In this document: positions 1 to 9,407 of the stretch, in pieces
Numbering within the stretch: the stretch's first letter is position 1
Layout: every line of letters starts with the position of its first letter
Source: Balneolaceae bacterium
Lineage (GTDB): Bacteria; Bacteroidota; Rhodothermia; Balneolales; Balneolaceae
Direction: 5' to 3'
Length of the DNA stretch: 64,000 bases
Assembly (NCBI GenBank): GCA_040222455.1
Contig: JAVKDD010000033.1
Span: forward strand, 180,671 to 244,670
Notes under the pieces: model-generated
The model's database searches: none
What the model saw: only the letters and a program-made list of their open reading frames with translations
Told to the model about the DNA's origin: nothing
Position numbers and translations under genes: made by a program

Positions 1-551
1 AGTCCAATTGTATATCGAAGAATTACACTAATAAAACCAGTATTTTGGCTCTCTAAGTAATAGTTATAGATAGAAACAGTAGAATCTATGTCGCTGAAAT
101 AAAACTCTTGCCGTGCTAGTTTATCTTGAAAACTTAAACTAGAAACAATTTGAGGATATAGATCAACTCTTATTGCGTTACTTGCTGAATTATATGTTCC
201 ATTCCCACTCAGTCCTATCAATCCCCCATATTGCTTTAATAAGCTAGACGCTCCGCTTTGACTTTCAGTACTATATTCAGGCATTAACGTTGATGTACTC
301 ACATATTCTTTAGGAGCGACTAGGGCTATAAATACACCTAAAACAAACCCTACCGCCAAAAACCTATAAATCGTTTTCCTACTTCCCCATATAGTTTTAA
401 CAAGTTCAATTAGATCGATTTCCTCGATACCAGTGTCTTCTCCTTCTACTTGGACAATGGGTACAATTTTGTATTCCTGAACGGGTAATCCTTCAGAGTG
501 AGATTTCTTACTTTTTTTTGAGTTTCCTTTGTTAGTATCGTCTGAGCTCAC
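1..551 (-). CDS. Polysaccharide chain-length determinant (Wzz/GumC-like) protein, N-terminal part; the gene runs off the left edge of the window
   Basis: Partial, so absent from the ORF track. My minus-strand translation from GTG (551-549) gives VSSDDTNKGNSKKSKK...EEIDLIELVKTIWGSRKTIYRFLAVGFVLGVFIALVAPKEYVSTSTLMPE... This is the N-terminal membrane-anchor pattern of Wzz-domain proteins. It lies directly next to a Wza-like exporter gene. Confidence 0.55.
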   Translation of the reverse strand, partial: MSSDDTNKGNSKKSKKSHSEGLPVQEYKIVPIVQVEGEDTGIEEIDLIELVKTIWGSRKTIYRFLAVGFVLGVFIALVAPKEYVSTSTLMPEYSTESQSGASSLLKQYGGLIGLSGNGTYNSASNAIRVDLYPQIVSSLSFQDKLARQEFYFSDIDSTVSIYNYYLESQNTGFISVILRYTIG

Positions 552-611
552 AACTTTTTATTATAGTTTTATAAATCAACGAAATTTGTTGGAATAATTA
601 ACTTTCACAAT

Positions 612-3356
612 TTACTGAAAAGCCCTGTCTATTAAGATGATAATAGTCAATGTACTTGTTAATGTAGCAACAGCAGTTTGTAGAACTTCCCCTGCCCTCA
701 TTCTTTCTCGTTGTGGCTTAGGCTCTTCATAAATTACGTTTATTTTAGCACCTGACTCAACCTGAGGATTTTGTTTGAACAACCCTTTTCTTTTCACTTC
801 AAATTGCATTCCATTAGCTTGAGTTAGCTGAACATATTTATAAGAATTCTTTTGCATACCCCCAGCCCTATCTAAGTAATAGCTTAACTTTTGCCCTTCA
901 ATATGCTTAATTCTTACTTGTAGACCAACATTGCCAGTCACAAAAACTGACCCTGGTTGACGAGGTACTACTATACTATCGCCTGGCAGTATTTCTATGT
1001 TCGATTTCTTGTTACCTGCAACAATTTCATCAAAATCGAATAAAACCATTTCACCTTGTCGATAATAACGTGCGCCTTTTGGATACCCTTCCGAAGTAAT
1101 TCCGCCTGCTCTTTGAATTAAATCATATATAGTTTCATTCTCTTTTAGTATGGTATATTTACCAGGAAATACGAGCTCACCAAGAATCTTTACAGTTTTT
1201 TGTTGCTCAAAATATGGATTGGTTCTTATATAAATTCGATCTCTGTGTTGTAATTTATATTTGCCTGCAGATTTGAGAAGTGTATCTGATAAATCTGGAG
1301 TAAAGAAATTGTATTCTTTGGAATTATCTAATAAGGGCCAGAAAAACTGAACCGCTTTTGCTTGATTATTCGTAGATTTAACTAGACGACTTACTTCAAC
1401 TTTACCTAAAAATGACAACTCTGTAAACCCTCCTGCAATAATTAGTAAGTCTTCGAGAGTCATATTTTCATTAAGCTCATAGGTTCCAGGATTTTTTACC
1501 CGCCCCTCAATAATCACAAATTTATTTTCAATTACTTCAATTGTGTTTGGAAATATTCTAATTCGATCTCCAGGTTGTAATAACTCCTTTCCAAAGCCCT
1601 CATTATTTAGTGCTTCTTCTAAATTAAATGATATTACATTCGAATTTCTTCCATTCTCCGATAACCTTCTCAAGTCGGCTCTTTTTAAATATATTCTTTC
1701 CTTGACTTGAGGATCGAAAAGTCCTTTACCTTTAAAGAGTAAATCAAAAACTGTTAAATTTTCTTTCCATCTAACTTCAATAGTTTCATCAACAGCTCCC
1801 GTTAAGCTTATCGAATAATTTTCTTCTAAATCTGTACGTGAAAAAATTCGTAACCGATCAAGTCTCTTTAATGGTATATCATGACCTGGTACACCATTCA
1901 AGATATTCTCTACATTTAAAGCAAAAAAAGTTTGTGTAAGATCTTCATTAGTTCGAACTAATTCAGCCTGATATAAAAACGCATCACCTTTAATGCTATC
2001 AGCTGCTAAAATTAGATCTTTAGTAGTATTGACTTGATCATTAATCTCATATCTCCCTGGCTGAAAAACTGCTCCAGATACGAATGCAATATCTTCAATT
2101 CGATCAGAGATATTTGAGATCTGAATTTTGTCATCATCGGTTATATTATATAGACTATTATCTTTTAAAACATCAATCAAATTATAATCAATAACTTTTC
2201 GAGCTATACTTGGATCTTCCCGTTCCATTAATGGAATAATACGCTCAACTTGAAATCTTTTTCCATATGCATCTGAATTTAACCCCCCTGCATATTCCAA
2301 TAGCTCATTAAAACCTTCACCTTCTTTTAACTCATAGATAGCTTGGCGCATAACTGGTCCACGTAATCGTATGCTGTTTAAGCGCTTAGGAATAAAAATT
2401 CTATCGTTATTTTGAAGTTTGATAGAACCACTATCTATTCCTTCCATTAAAAATTTATAGAAGTCAAAAGAGCTAACAATTTTACCATTTCTAATCAATC
2501 TTATATCTCTCAAACTTCCATTTTCTGTTGGCCCCCCGATACCGTATAGCACATTAAATAGACTAGAATAGCTACTGAAAGTATACCCACCTGGTTTTTC
2601 AACTTCTCCAATTACAAAGACTCTTATTGGTCTTAGTCTTGTCAATGTAACATCTAAAAACATGGTTGGTGGGTCTTTCATAAGCCCAGAATAACTTTGT
2701 GAAAGACGCAATCTAAGTTGTTCTCTAAAATCTTTTAATGTTTGACCTGCAACTGTAAACTGTCCAATAGTTGGAATAAAAATTCGCCCTTCAGCATCAA
2801 CTTCTAATTCATATTGAAATTCTGTAGTTCCCCAAACGGTTAATCTCATCTCATCTTCAGGCCCAATAATATATCCGTCATCTACAGGCCCTAATTTATT
2901 GGGCTCAAAAGCCTCTGGTATGTTTTTAAAAATATCGTATCCATAATAAGATAATCCTTCTTCTGTAACGGTTTCATCCATCCCAAAATCTTGATATGTA
3001 ATAGTAGATGAACTACTTTCAGAAACTTCATCTTGCGTTATACTTGTATCTCTCAAATCTAGTACTTGACCACTATTGCCCTCTTCACCACCACTATCTA
3101 AACCTAACTCATTCAACCACGCTTGTATCTGCTCTTCAGATACTCCATTAGCCCTAGCAAAGCTACTTAGTTCAGCGGGATTATCCGGATTTACTCCAGC
3201 CTGCCTAGCCAACACACGTGCTTGTTGCAAAGTTAAATTTTGTTGTGATAAAGCTTCTTGAACTGAACTTTGCCCATATACAATATTAGTACTACTTGGA
3301 TACTGAACGTGGCACATCAATGTTATCAAAAGTATTCCAAAAATTCTTTCTAACAT
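612..3356 (-). CDS. Polysaccharide export outer-membrane protein (Wza-like Poly_export domain followed by multiple SLBB repeats)
   Basis: 914 aa ORF with a signal peptide. It has the motif YIIGPEDEMRLTVWG...GRIFIPTIGQFTVAGQT, typical of Poly_export. Repeated SLBB-like units follow (V.V.G.V..PG.Y.l..n.tl.dli..AGG). It is adjacent to the Wzz-like gene. Confidence 0.75.
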   Translation of the reverse strand: MLERIFGILLITLMCHVQYPSSTNIVYGQSSVQEALSQQNLTLQQARVLARQAGVNPDNPAELSSFARANGVSEEQIQAWLNELGLDSGGEEGNSGQVLDLRDTSITQDEVSESSSSTITYQDFGMDETVTEEGLSYYGYDIFKNIPEAFEPNKLGPVDDGYIIGPEDEMRLTVWGTTEFQYELEVDAEGRIFIPTIGQFTVAGQTLKDFREQLRLRLSQSYSGLMKDPPTMFLDVTLTRLRPIRVFVIGEVEKPGGYTFSSYSSLFNVLYGIGGPTENGSLRDIRLIRNGKIVSSFDFYKFLMEGIDSGSIKLQNNDRIFIPKRLNSIRLRGPVMRQAIYELKEGEGFNELLEYAGGLNSDAYGKRFQVERIIPLMEREDPSIARKVIDYNLIDVLKDNSLYNITDDDKIQISNISDRIEDIAFVSGAVFQPGRYEINDQVNTTKDLILAADSIKGDAFLYQAELVRTNEDLTQTFFALNVENILNGVPGHDIPLKRLDRLRIFSRTDLEENYSISLTGAVDETIEVRWKENLTVFDLLFKGKGLFDPQVKERIYLKRADLRRLSENGRNSNVISFNLEEALNNEGFGKELLQPGDRIRIFPNTIEVIENKFVIIEGRVKNPGTYELNENMTLEDLLIIAGGFTELSFLGKVEVSRLVKSTNNQAKAVQFFWPLLDNSKEYNFFTPDLSDTLLKSAGKYKLQHRDRIYIRTNPYFEQQKTVKILGELVFPGKYTILKENETIYDLIQRAGGITSEGYPKGARYYRQGEMVLFDFDEIVAGNKKSNIEILPGDSIVVPRQPGSVFVTGNVGLQVRIKHIEGQKLSYYLDRAGGMQKNSYKYVQLTQANGMQFEVKRKGLFKQNPQVESGAKINVIYEEPKPQRERMRAGEVLQTAVATLTSTLTIIILIDRAFQ

Positions 3357-3653
3357 TCTATCTATTACTCTAATATTTTGCTAATAAGTTAAAAGGTATA
3401 ATATGAATTATTCTTGTATAATTTTAATCAACAAGTAAATAATGCACTTATTAAGAAGTATCTATTTTATCCTACAATATTTGCTACTAATAAAAATTCA
3501 TGAATACACTCTTTTGGTTGAGTATTATTTATATTCAATACTTTTAATAAGATCTATAATTCACCATTGCGTTCTATTATTGAATCTTTTTTAAGATACA
3601 AAGTTTATTTTTACGACTTAGCTTTTAAATATTTTAGTTTATAGAAATTACAA

Positions 3654-5705
3654 TTATCTAATATAAATTCTGGCTTGGACACCAATAAAGCTTCTTTTGT
3701 TTCCTTTTACTTCACCAAGCCCACTACTAAGTGTTTGCGCGTCTTCGATGGTGGTAATGGAATACTTAATCCAGAATTGTAGATATTCAGTGGCTTCATA
3801 TTTAACTACTGCATAAAGTCGCTCTCCGCGACCACTTAATGCTACGTTTGAAAGTACATACAAAAGATCATTCTCGAATTGATATACTCGTGTATTAAAA
3901 GAATCCGTATCAAATAGAGTAACTCTGGCATCTAATTGAAGTTTTGAAGTTAATCGAAGTCGTAAGTCCTGATATATTAAAAACCCTGATTCCCATTCTT
4001 CCCCTGGGCTTTGAAATCTTACAAATTCACCTCTTGAACGAAGCCTAACTTTTCTACTTACTTGGTATTCAGTTTGAATGCGAAAACTAGTTCTTTTTTC
4101 CTTTCCCAATACCCTTTCTTCTCTTCCAAATTCATTTACAGTAATAAATTCATCATCTTTAATTTCATTTCTAACTAGAATGTAAGCGTCAAGATTTTTA
4201 AAAATACTTCCTTCAATCAATCCGAGTACATCATACCCTTGGGTTGATTGGGTAGTTCCTGAGCGGGGAGCTTCAAAAGAATATTGATCAAAATAGCCAC
4301 TTAATAAATACCCTTTTGCCAGTTTATGTTTTATCCCCAAATAAATGCCTGCTTCATTTTTTGGATCGCCTGAAGTTTCACCGAATCCAGTTCCAAGAAA
4401 CGATTGGAAATCCTTCTGGTAATTTCTGTATAGCAACGCTATGTCGGTACTAAAACCGATCGGTGCTTCAATTCCTGTAACGCCTCCAACTCCTCCGTTT
4501 TCACTTCGAGCGAGTTCTCCAAAAACCAATGAATTTCCTAATAAACCTCGATAATCTATTCCTAGAACTGAATTTGAATTTCCTTCAAATGTGTTTAAAT
4601 CGCTTAGCGAATTTCCCTTTCCTATGTAGGTACTAAACGATGTGTTGTAACCAGTAAAACCAATTAAACCAATTGGTGTGTCTGTTTTTATTCTCCCTCC
4701 TATAGTTTGTTGATCAATATTGTTCCTTCGGTCTATTTCTGATTGTGTACGATGAAATCCACTTGAAGAAGGAAACCGAGTGGTATCTCCTTCAATTTCT
4801 GATGCAGTTCTATCTTTGTTCGAATAAAAAAAGGTGAATTGAATTTGTTCTCCATAGGTTGCAGCTACCCCTCTAAAGAAATCGGTTTCTTGGGCTGATC
4901 CATAAGCGCGAACTCCTCTCTCATTTTTACTTATTGTACCCGTTACTTCACGACCTTTACCAAAAGCACCTCCAGTCCAAAGCACTAATCCTTGACCAAA
5001 GCTAAGGCTATAATCACCAATAACGAGGCTTTTGAGGTAGCCATTATTTGTGAGCGCGACATGCCAAGAATTATAATCAAAGCCAGTGATTCCATTTAAG
5101 GGTTCTCCTGCATCCTTTTCTTGAGTAAGATTTACGGAAAAGTGATTACTTTGTATCCTGAACCTTTGATAATATTTTACCGGATTACCCAAATATCCCC
5201 CAGATGAATCTGGTCGAATAAAACCTTCCTGTTTCTCTAAATTCTGTTGAAAACGGGATAACACTTCTACTTTTTTTCCTGAAAGCCAGTAGCCTGGACT
5301 TGTATATAGATTTCTAAACCGATCATTTGCACCCCCAATAGTTACGTAAGGACTCATTCTTTGAAAAGTTGTTGTTCCAATTCCTCGAACCTCTTGAAGC
5401 TCTCTAATTGACTCAAAGGGTTTTCTTTTTCTGTAATCTACAACTGCCCTAGCTAATAGCAAATTGAAACCTGGTACTTGAAGAAGTTCAGTCACATCGG
5501 CAGAATTTATGTTTATAGGATTTGCAGCAAGATCTTCTAGAAACTGAGTAAGTTGCTCCCCTGTTAACCCAGATGCTTCGGTATCAAGCTCTTCGAAAGC
5601 TTCCTCAAGCTGCTTCTCAACTTCTACTTTGGATGAATCTTGTGCCTCAACTAGTGGCGATATAAATCCCAAATAAAAGAAAGTTATGATCAGAACTCTT
5701 TTCAT
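3654..5705 (-). CDS. Secreted protein with an N-terminal ComEA-like helix-hairpin-helix domain and a large beta-rich (putative outer-membrane barrel) body
   Basis: 683 aa with a signal peptide (MKRVLIITFFYLGFISPLVEAQ). The HhH_3-type segment is ININSADVTELLQVPGFNLLLARAVVDYRKRKPFESIRELQEVRGIGTTTFQRMSPYV. The remaining roughly 560 aa are rich in alternating Gly/aromatic residues, like beta-barrel proteins. Its start lies 2 nt from the stop of the upstream PorQ-like gene. Confidence 0.5.
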   Translation of the reverse strand: MKRVLIITFFYLGFISPLVEAQDSSKVEVEKQLEEAFEELDTEASGLTGEQLTQFLEDLAANPININSADVTELLQVPGFNLLLARAVVDYRKRKPFESIRELQEVRGIGTTTFQRMSPYVTIGGANDRFRNLYTSPGYWLSGKKVEVLSRFQQNLEKQEGFIRPDSSGGYLGNPVKYYQRFRIQSNHFSVNLTQEKDAGEPLNGITGFDYNSWHVALTNNGYLKSLVIGDYSLSFGQGLVLWTGGAFGKGREVTGTISKNERGVRAYGSAQETDFFRGVAATYGEQIQFTFFYSNKDRTASEIEGDTTRFPSSSGFHRTQSEIDRRNNIDQQTIGGRIKTDTPIGLIGFTGYNTSFSTYIGKGNSLSDLNTFEGNSNSVLGIDYRGLLGNSLVFGELARSENGGVGGVTGIEAPIGFSTDIALLYRNYQKDFQSFLGTGFGETSGDPKNEAGIYLGIKHKLAKGYLLSGYFDQYSFEAPRSGTTQSTQGYDVLGLIEGSIFKNLDAYILVRNEIKDDEFITVNEFGREERVLGKEKRTSFRIQTEYQVSRKVRLRSRGEFVRFQSPGEEWESGFLIYQDLRLRLTSKLQLDARVTLFDTDSFNTRVYQFENDLLYVLSNVALSGRGERLYAVVKYEATEYLQFWIKYSITTIEDAQTLSSGLGEVKGNKRSFIGVQARIYIR

Positions 5706-5707
5706 AA

Positions 5708-6532
5708 CTAGAATTTAAAAAGTAGGTCAAAACCTGGACTTAATCCTAAAAGTTGATGTTTCTGAAGAGCAAAATTTACATTCCAAAAATCTTTTCCATA
5801 TCCAAGACCAAAAGAATAGGTTAATGGCTCCGTTGTAACACCGATCCTCCCTTTTATTTCTTTTATGATCTTCATTTCAAGTCCACCCCGATATGAAACT
5901 GGATTACGCACATCTTTTACAACATCCATCATGAATAACGCACGATCTTCTAATAAGTAACTAAAACCGATGCTTAAATCACGAGTTAAGTCTTCATCTG
6001 CACCTGAGAAGTTGTACACAGGTTGATTAATATTCATTGCTTTTGCACCTATCCAAAACTCATTAGATATTTGAGCTGCAATTCCAACATCAATACCCAG
6101 CGCTCCACCTGATCCATACACTCCTCCAAATGAAATGTGATTGTAGTTTAACACTAATCCAAAGTGTAGCTGCTCCCATTCATTTTTATAACCAAGCCTA
6201 ACCCTCGTTTCATTAAATAAATTATCTCCATAACGATGAAAACCAAGTGCCGTAATTCCAACTTTAGTTGGTAATGTTCCAAATGCAGCTACATCTGTAA
6301 TTTCAGCAAATCCATAATTTCGTAATCCGTAAAAACCTGTGGTAGGAGTTTCAGAACTTATTAGCGCCGGATTCGAGAAAAGAGACCATGAATAATCTGG
6401 TAACGCAGTTGTAGAATGGCCAAGCCCAAGTCCTCTCGCTCCCATCGAGATTTGGCTATAAGCAATCGTAGAAATCCCCAAAAAAAAGAAGAAAAAAGAA
6501 ATTTTATATCGAATGGAACGTATTCGTATCAT
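5708..6532 (-). CDS. PorV/PorQ-family small outer-membrane beta-barrel protein
   Basis: 274 aa with a signal peptide and a C-terminal Phe (LLFKF). The N-terminal motif GARGLGLGHSTTALPDYSWSLFSNPALIS parallels the PorV motif in this same window (SRGAAMGNTGVAIADNASALFWNPAGLAF). Confidence 0.5.
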   Translation of the reverse strand: MIRIRSIRYKISFFFFFLGISTIAYSQISMGARGLGLGHSTTALPDYSWSLFSNPALISSETPTTGFYGLRNYGFAEITDVAAFGTLPTKVGITALGFHRYGDNLFNETRVRLGYKNEWEQLHFGLVLNYNHISFGGVYGSGGALGIDVGIAAQISNEFWIGAKAMNINQPVYNFSGADEDLTRDLSIGFSYLLEDRALFMMDVVKDVRNPVSYRGGLEMKIIKEIKGRIGVTTEPLTYSFGLGYGKDFWNVNFALQKHQLLGLSPGFDLLFKF

Positions 6533-6556
6533 TGTCTTAAGTTTACTTTCAACAAT

Positions 6557-7486
6557 ATGCTATATCTTACACCAAAAATAAAAGTGTTTCCTTTAAAAAT
6601 TCACCTCTTAGTAACATTGTTTTTATTTCCCTTGAGCCTCTTTGCTCAAGAATTCGATTGTGATGTAATAGTTGATGTAAAAAACCTTGAAGGCACCTCT
6701 TTCGAGTATGTAAAACCATCTTTAGAAGCTGACATTGCAGACTATATCAATGATTATCGCTGGACTGAAATTGTGTTTACCGAAAGAGAGCGAATTACTT
6801 GCCAAATAAGTATCGTACTTACGAGTGGAAATCCAGACTTTAATTTTTCAGCTGAAACTATATTTTCAGCTCGTAGACCTATATATAATACAACTACCGA
6901 AACTAATACTCTGATTGTTGCAGACCAGGCATGGCAGTTTTTTTATCCTCAAGGGAGAAGTCTAATTCATGATGATTTACAATTTGAAGGGCTTACAGGA
7001 TTCATCGACTATTATATGTACCTACTTTTAGGCTATGATTTTGACAGTTTTTCACCATTAGGAGGGACTGTTTATTTTGAAAAAGCTCAAAACGTAGTTG
7101 ATCTCGCGCAAAATGAACAAACAATTGGCTGGACACGAAGCAGTAATAACCAAAGAAATCGATTTGTTTTAATAACTGATTTATTAAATACTAATTATCA
7201 GCCATTACGGAATGCCATCTATACTTATCATCGACTAGGTTTAGACACATTTACTCAAAGTCCTGAATCAGCAAGGCAGCAAGTCTTAACAGCTCTTGAA
7301 GAAATTCAAGCAGCAAAACGTCGTTCTACAAGTAATTTTTTATATGATCTTTTTTTTGATACCAAATCAAGGGAAATAACAAACATTTTTATTGATGCAG
7401 ACAGTCGGGTTAAGCTTGAGGCTTATAATATTCTTCGGGTAACAGATCAGGGTCATTTAACAGAGTACGATCAATTGCAAAATTAG
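6557..7486 (+). CDS. DUF4835-family protein (I recall this family being annotated as T9SS-associated PorD in recent releases)
   Basis: The track ORF starts at 6416, but that extension overlaps the divergent gene. ATG at 6557 gives the signal peptide MLYLTPKIKVFPLKIHLLVTLFLFPLSLFAQ. It is followed by EFDCDVIVDVKNLEGTSFEYVKPSLEADIADYINDYRWTE..., which matches my memory of the DUF4835 N-terminus. Confidence 0.5.
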   Translation: MLYLTPKIKVFPLKIHLLVTLFLFPLSLFAQEFDCDVIVDVKNLEGTSFEYVKPSLEADIADYINDYRWTEIVFTERERITCQISIVLTSGNPDFNFSAETIFSARRPIYNTTTETNTLIVADQAWQFFYPQGRSLIHDDLQFEGLTGFIDYYMYLLLGYDFDSFSPLGGTVYFEKAQNVVDLAQNEQTIGWTRSSNNQRNRFVLITDLLNTNYQPLRNAIYTYHRLGLDTFTQSPESARQQVLTALEEIQAAKRRSTSNFLYDLFFDTKSREITNIFIDADSRVKLEAYNILRVTDQGHLTEYDQLQN

Positions 7487-7595
7487 TAGAAATTTCTCAG
7501 CAATCACTTAAACATTTTGGGAACCATTTTGTATATTATTTGCTTTAAAAAAGCGGTTCCAAACCAAAAAATATCAAGACGAAAATACGGAGCGA

Positions 7596-8366
7596 ATGAA
7601 ATTTTACGTATGTATAAAAATGGTGCCCGACGTATATGCACCTTTCCAAATTAAAGACGGTGAATTAATAATGGATGCCGATCGAATGGTATTAAATGCC
7701 TATGATGCATCTGCCGTTGAAGAAGCTTTAGTATTATCTGAAAAACATGGCGGCGAAGTTGAAGTAGTTTGCATAGGTTCGGCAAAAGCATCCGAAACTA
7801 TCAGAAAAGCATTAGCTATGGGTGCGGATAAAGGAAGCCATATTGTTACAACCGGGGATGAAGGTTTCGATTCTGGTAGTTATGCTAATATTCTCACGGC
7901 ATTTCTAAAAGACAAAGAGTATGATGTACTTTCTCTTGGTAAACAATCTCAGGACACCGACTCTGGATTAACTGGTAGCATGGTCGCCGAGCTACTGCAT
8001 TTACCTTACACAACCAATGCCGTTGGATTAGAAATTGAAAACGGGAATTTGATTGTAAAACGTCAGGGTGATACGGGACAAGAAATAATCGAGCTTCCAA
8101 CCCCATGTGCAGTTACTTGCTCTAACGATATGAATGAGCCTCGTATACCAAATTTAAAAGGAATAATGGCTTCAAAACGCAAACCGATTGATACCATCGA
8201 TTTAGCTTCTTTGGGCATAAGTGAAAGTGATCTTTCACCAAATTCTAAAGTAGTTTCATTTGAACACAAACCCGCCAGAAAAGCTGGACAGAAGTTTGAG
8301 GGTGAGGCCGATGAAATTGCAAGAGAAGTGGCTCAACTACTCGATACTGAAGCCAACGTGATTTAA
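7596..8366 (+). CDS. etfB: Electron transfer flavoprotein, beta subunit
   Basis: MKFYVCIKMVPD... N-terminus, about 256 aa, immediately upstream of etfA. Confidence 0.9.
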   Translation: MKFYVCIKMVPDVYAPFQIKDGELIMDADRMVLNAYDASAVEEALVLSEKHGGEVEVVCIGSAKASETIRKALAMGADKGSHIVTTGDEGFDSGSYANILTAFLKDKEYDVLSLGKQSQDTDSGLTGSMVAELLHLPYTTNAVGLEIENGNLIVKRQGDTGQEIIELPTPCAVTCSNDMNEPRIPNLKGIMASKRKPIDTIDLASLGISESDLSPNSKVVSFEHKPARKAGQKFEGEADEIAREVAQLLDTEANVI

Positions 8367-8405
8367 ATCTACATACAAAGAAATTCTAAGAGAAAATTTA
8401 ATTAA

Positions 8406-9380
8406 ATGAGTTCAATTCTAACTTATATCGCTATTTCAGAAGGGAAGATTAAACGATCATCCCTTGAGGTTTTATCAAGAAGTAAAGCTATTGCAGATGC
8501 AAATGGATTAGCTTGTGAAGCTATTATTATTGATGAAAATGCTTCTTCATTTACCGATTCTGTTCAAAATTATGGGGCCTCAAAAATTCATATTGTTGAG
8601 GACTCAATATTTAGTCAACATAGAAATACACCTCTTCTTTCTGCTCTTTCAAAAGTGATGGAAGCTTCGAAACCAAAAGTAGTCGCTTTTGCATCAACAG
8701 AAGGAACAAAGGATATACTTGGTGCACTTGCCGCAAACCAAAAAGCAGGTGTGGTTGCTGATGTTTCTTCTTTTGATTTAACCTCTTCAGGTGTAATTGC
8801 TAAACGTCCTGTTATGGCAGCTAAAGTGGTTGGCAATGTTGAGGTAACAGGCGAAACTATCCTAGTTTCTGTGAGATCTGGTTCATACGAGCTTGTTGAA
8901 TCACCTATAACTGCAGAAGTTAATACGATCGAATTTTCGAGTAGCGAAAGTGATCTAAAAGCAAAACTTAGAGAAATTATTTCAGCTACCGGCGATACTA
9001 TTGATTTGAATGAAGCAGAAACAATCGTAGCTGCAGGTCGAGGTGTTAAAGATGAAGAAGCAAAGTCTTTAATCACAGAGCTTGCCAGGGTTTTAAATGC
9101 AGGAATTGGAGCTTCAAGAGCTTTAACGGAAGCTGGAGTTTACGATCCTAGCTTACAAATTGGGCAAACGGGTAAAGTAGTTTCACCTCAACTATATATA
9201 GCTGTCGGAATTTCTGGAGCAATTCAACATGTAGCTGGTATGGCGAATAGTAAGGTGATTGTTGCCATTAATAAAGATGCTGACGCACCTATTTTTGAAG
9301 TTGCTGATTATGGAATAGTTGGAGATTTATATAAAGTACTCCCACCTTTTATAGAAGAATTGAAGAAATTAAAAAGCTAA
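8406..9380 (+). CDS. etfA: Electron transfer flavoprotein, alpha subunit
   Basis: The C-terminal FAD-binding signature PQLYIAVGISGAIQHVAGMANSKVIVAINKDADAPIFEVADYGIVGDLYKVLP is diagnostic. Confidence 0.9.
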   Translation: MSSILTYIAISEGKIKRSSLEVLSRSKAIADANGLACEAIIIDENASSFTDSVQNYGASKIHIVEDSIFSQHRNTPLLSALSKVMEASKPKVVAFASTEGTKDILGALAANQKAGVVADVSSFDLTSSGVIAKRPVMAAKVVGNVEVTGETILVSVRSGSYELVESPITAEVNTIEFSSSESDLKAKLREIISATGDTIDLNEAETIVAAGRGVKDEEAKSLITELARVLNAGIGASRALTEAGVYDPSLQIGQTGKVVSPQLYIAVGISGAIQHVAGMANSKVIVAINKDADAPIFEVADYGIVGDLYKVLPPFIEELKKLKS

Positions 9381-9407
9381 TTTAAACTGCATAATGTTAA
9401 GTTTTAA

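Noticed and set aside
3357-3653. 297-bp AT-rich gap between the Wza-like gene and the HhH-barrel gene, checked for an sRNA, riboswitch or repeats.
   Set aside because: I could find no conserved-looking structure, repeat or recognisable promoter motif by eye. It is most simply the promoter or leader region of the wza-wzz unit.
6478-6506. A/T homopolymer runs (A8 on the plus strand, i.e. T8 in the coding sense) within the signal-peptide codons (FFFFF) of the PorQ-like gene, considered as a possible slipped-strand phase-variation tract.
   Set aside because: The runs are short (8 nt or less). They are explained by Phe codons in a hydrophobic signal peptide in an AT-rich genome. There is no evidence of length variation from a single sequence.
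6416-6556. N-terminal extension of the DUF4835 ORF (MAKPKSSRSHRDLAISNRRNPQKKEEKRN...).
   Set aside because: The extension overlaps the 5' end of the divergently transcribed PorQ-like gene. The internal ATG at 6557 yields a normal signal peptide, so I regard the extension as an artefact of the longest-ORF rule.
7520-7560. GGAACC ... GGTTCC inverted repeat upstream of etfB.
   Set aside because: The stem is only 6 bp, with a loop of about 29 nt and no T-tract. That is too weak to call a terminator or operator.
8615-9076. 153-aa ORF antisense to etfA. Similar track ORFs lie at 3076-3261, 7894-8106, 8063-8269, 9456-9659, 9505-9720, 11266-11487 and 11988-12344.
   Set aside because: They lie entirely inside, and mostly antisense to, CDSs with unmistakable family signatures. 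Their translations are low-complexity (Ser/Thr/Pro/Ile-rich) with no recognisable motif. This is typical of shadow ORFs in long genes.
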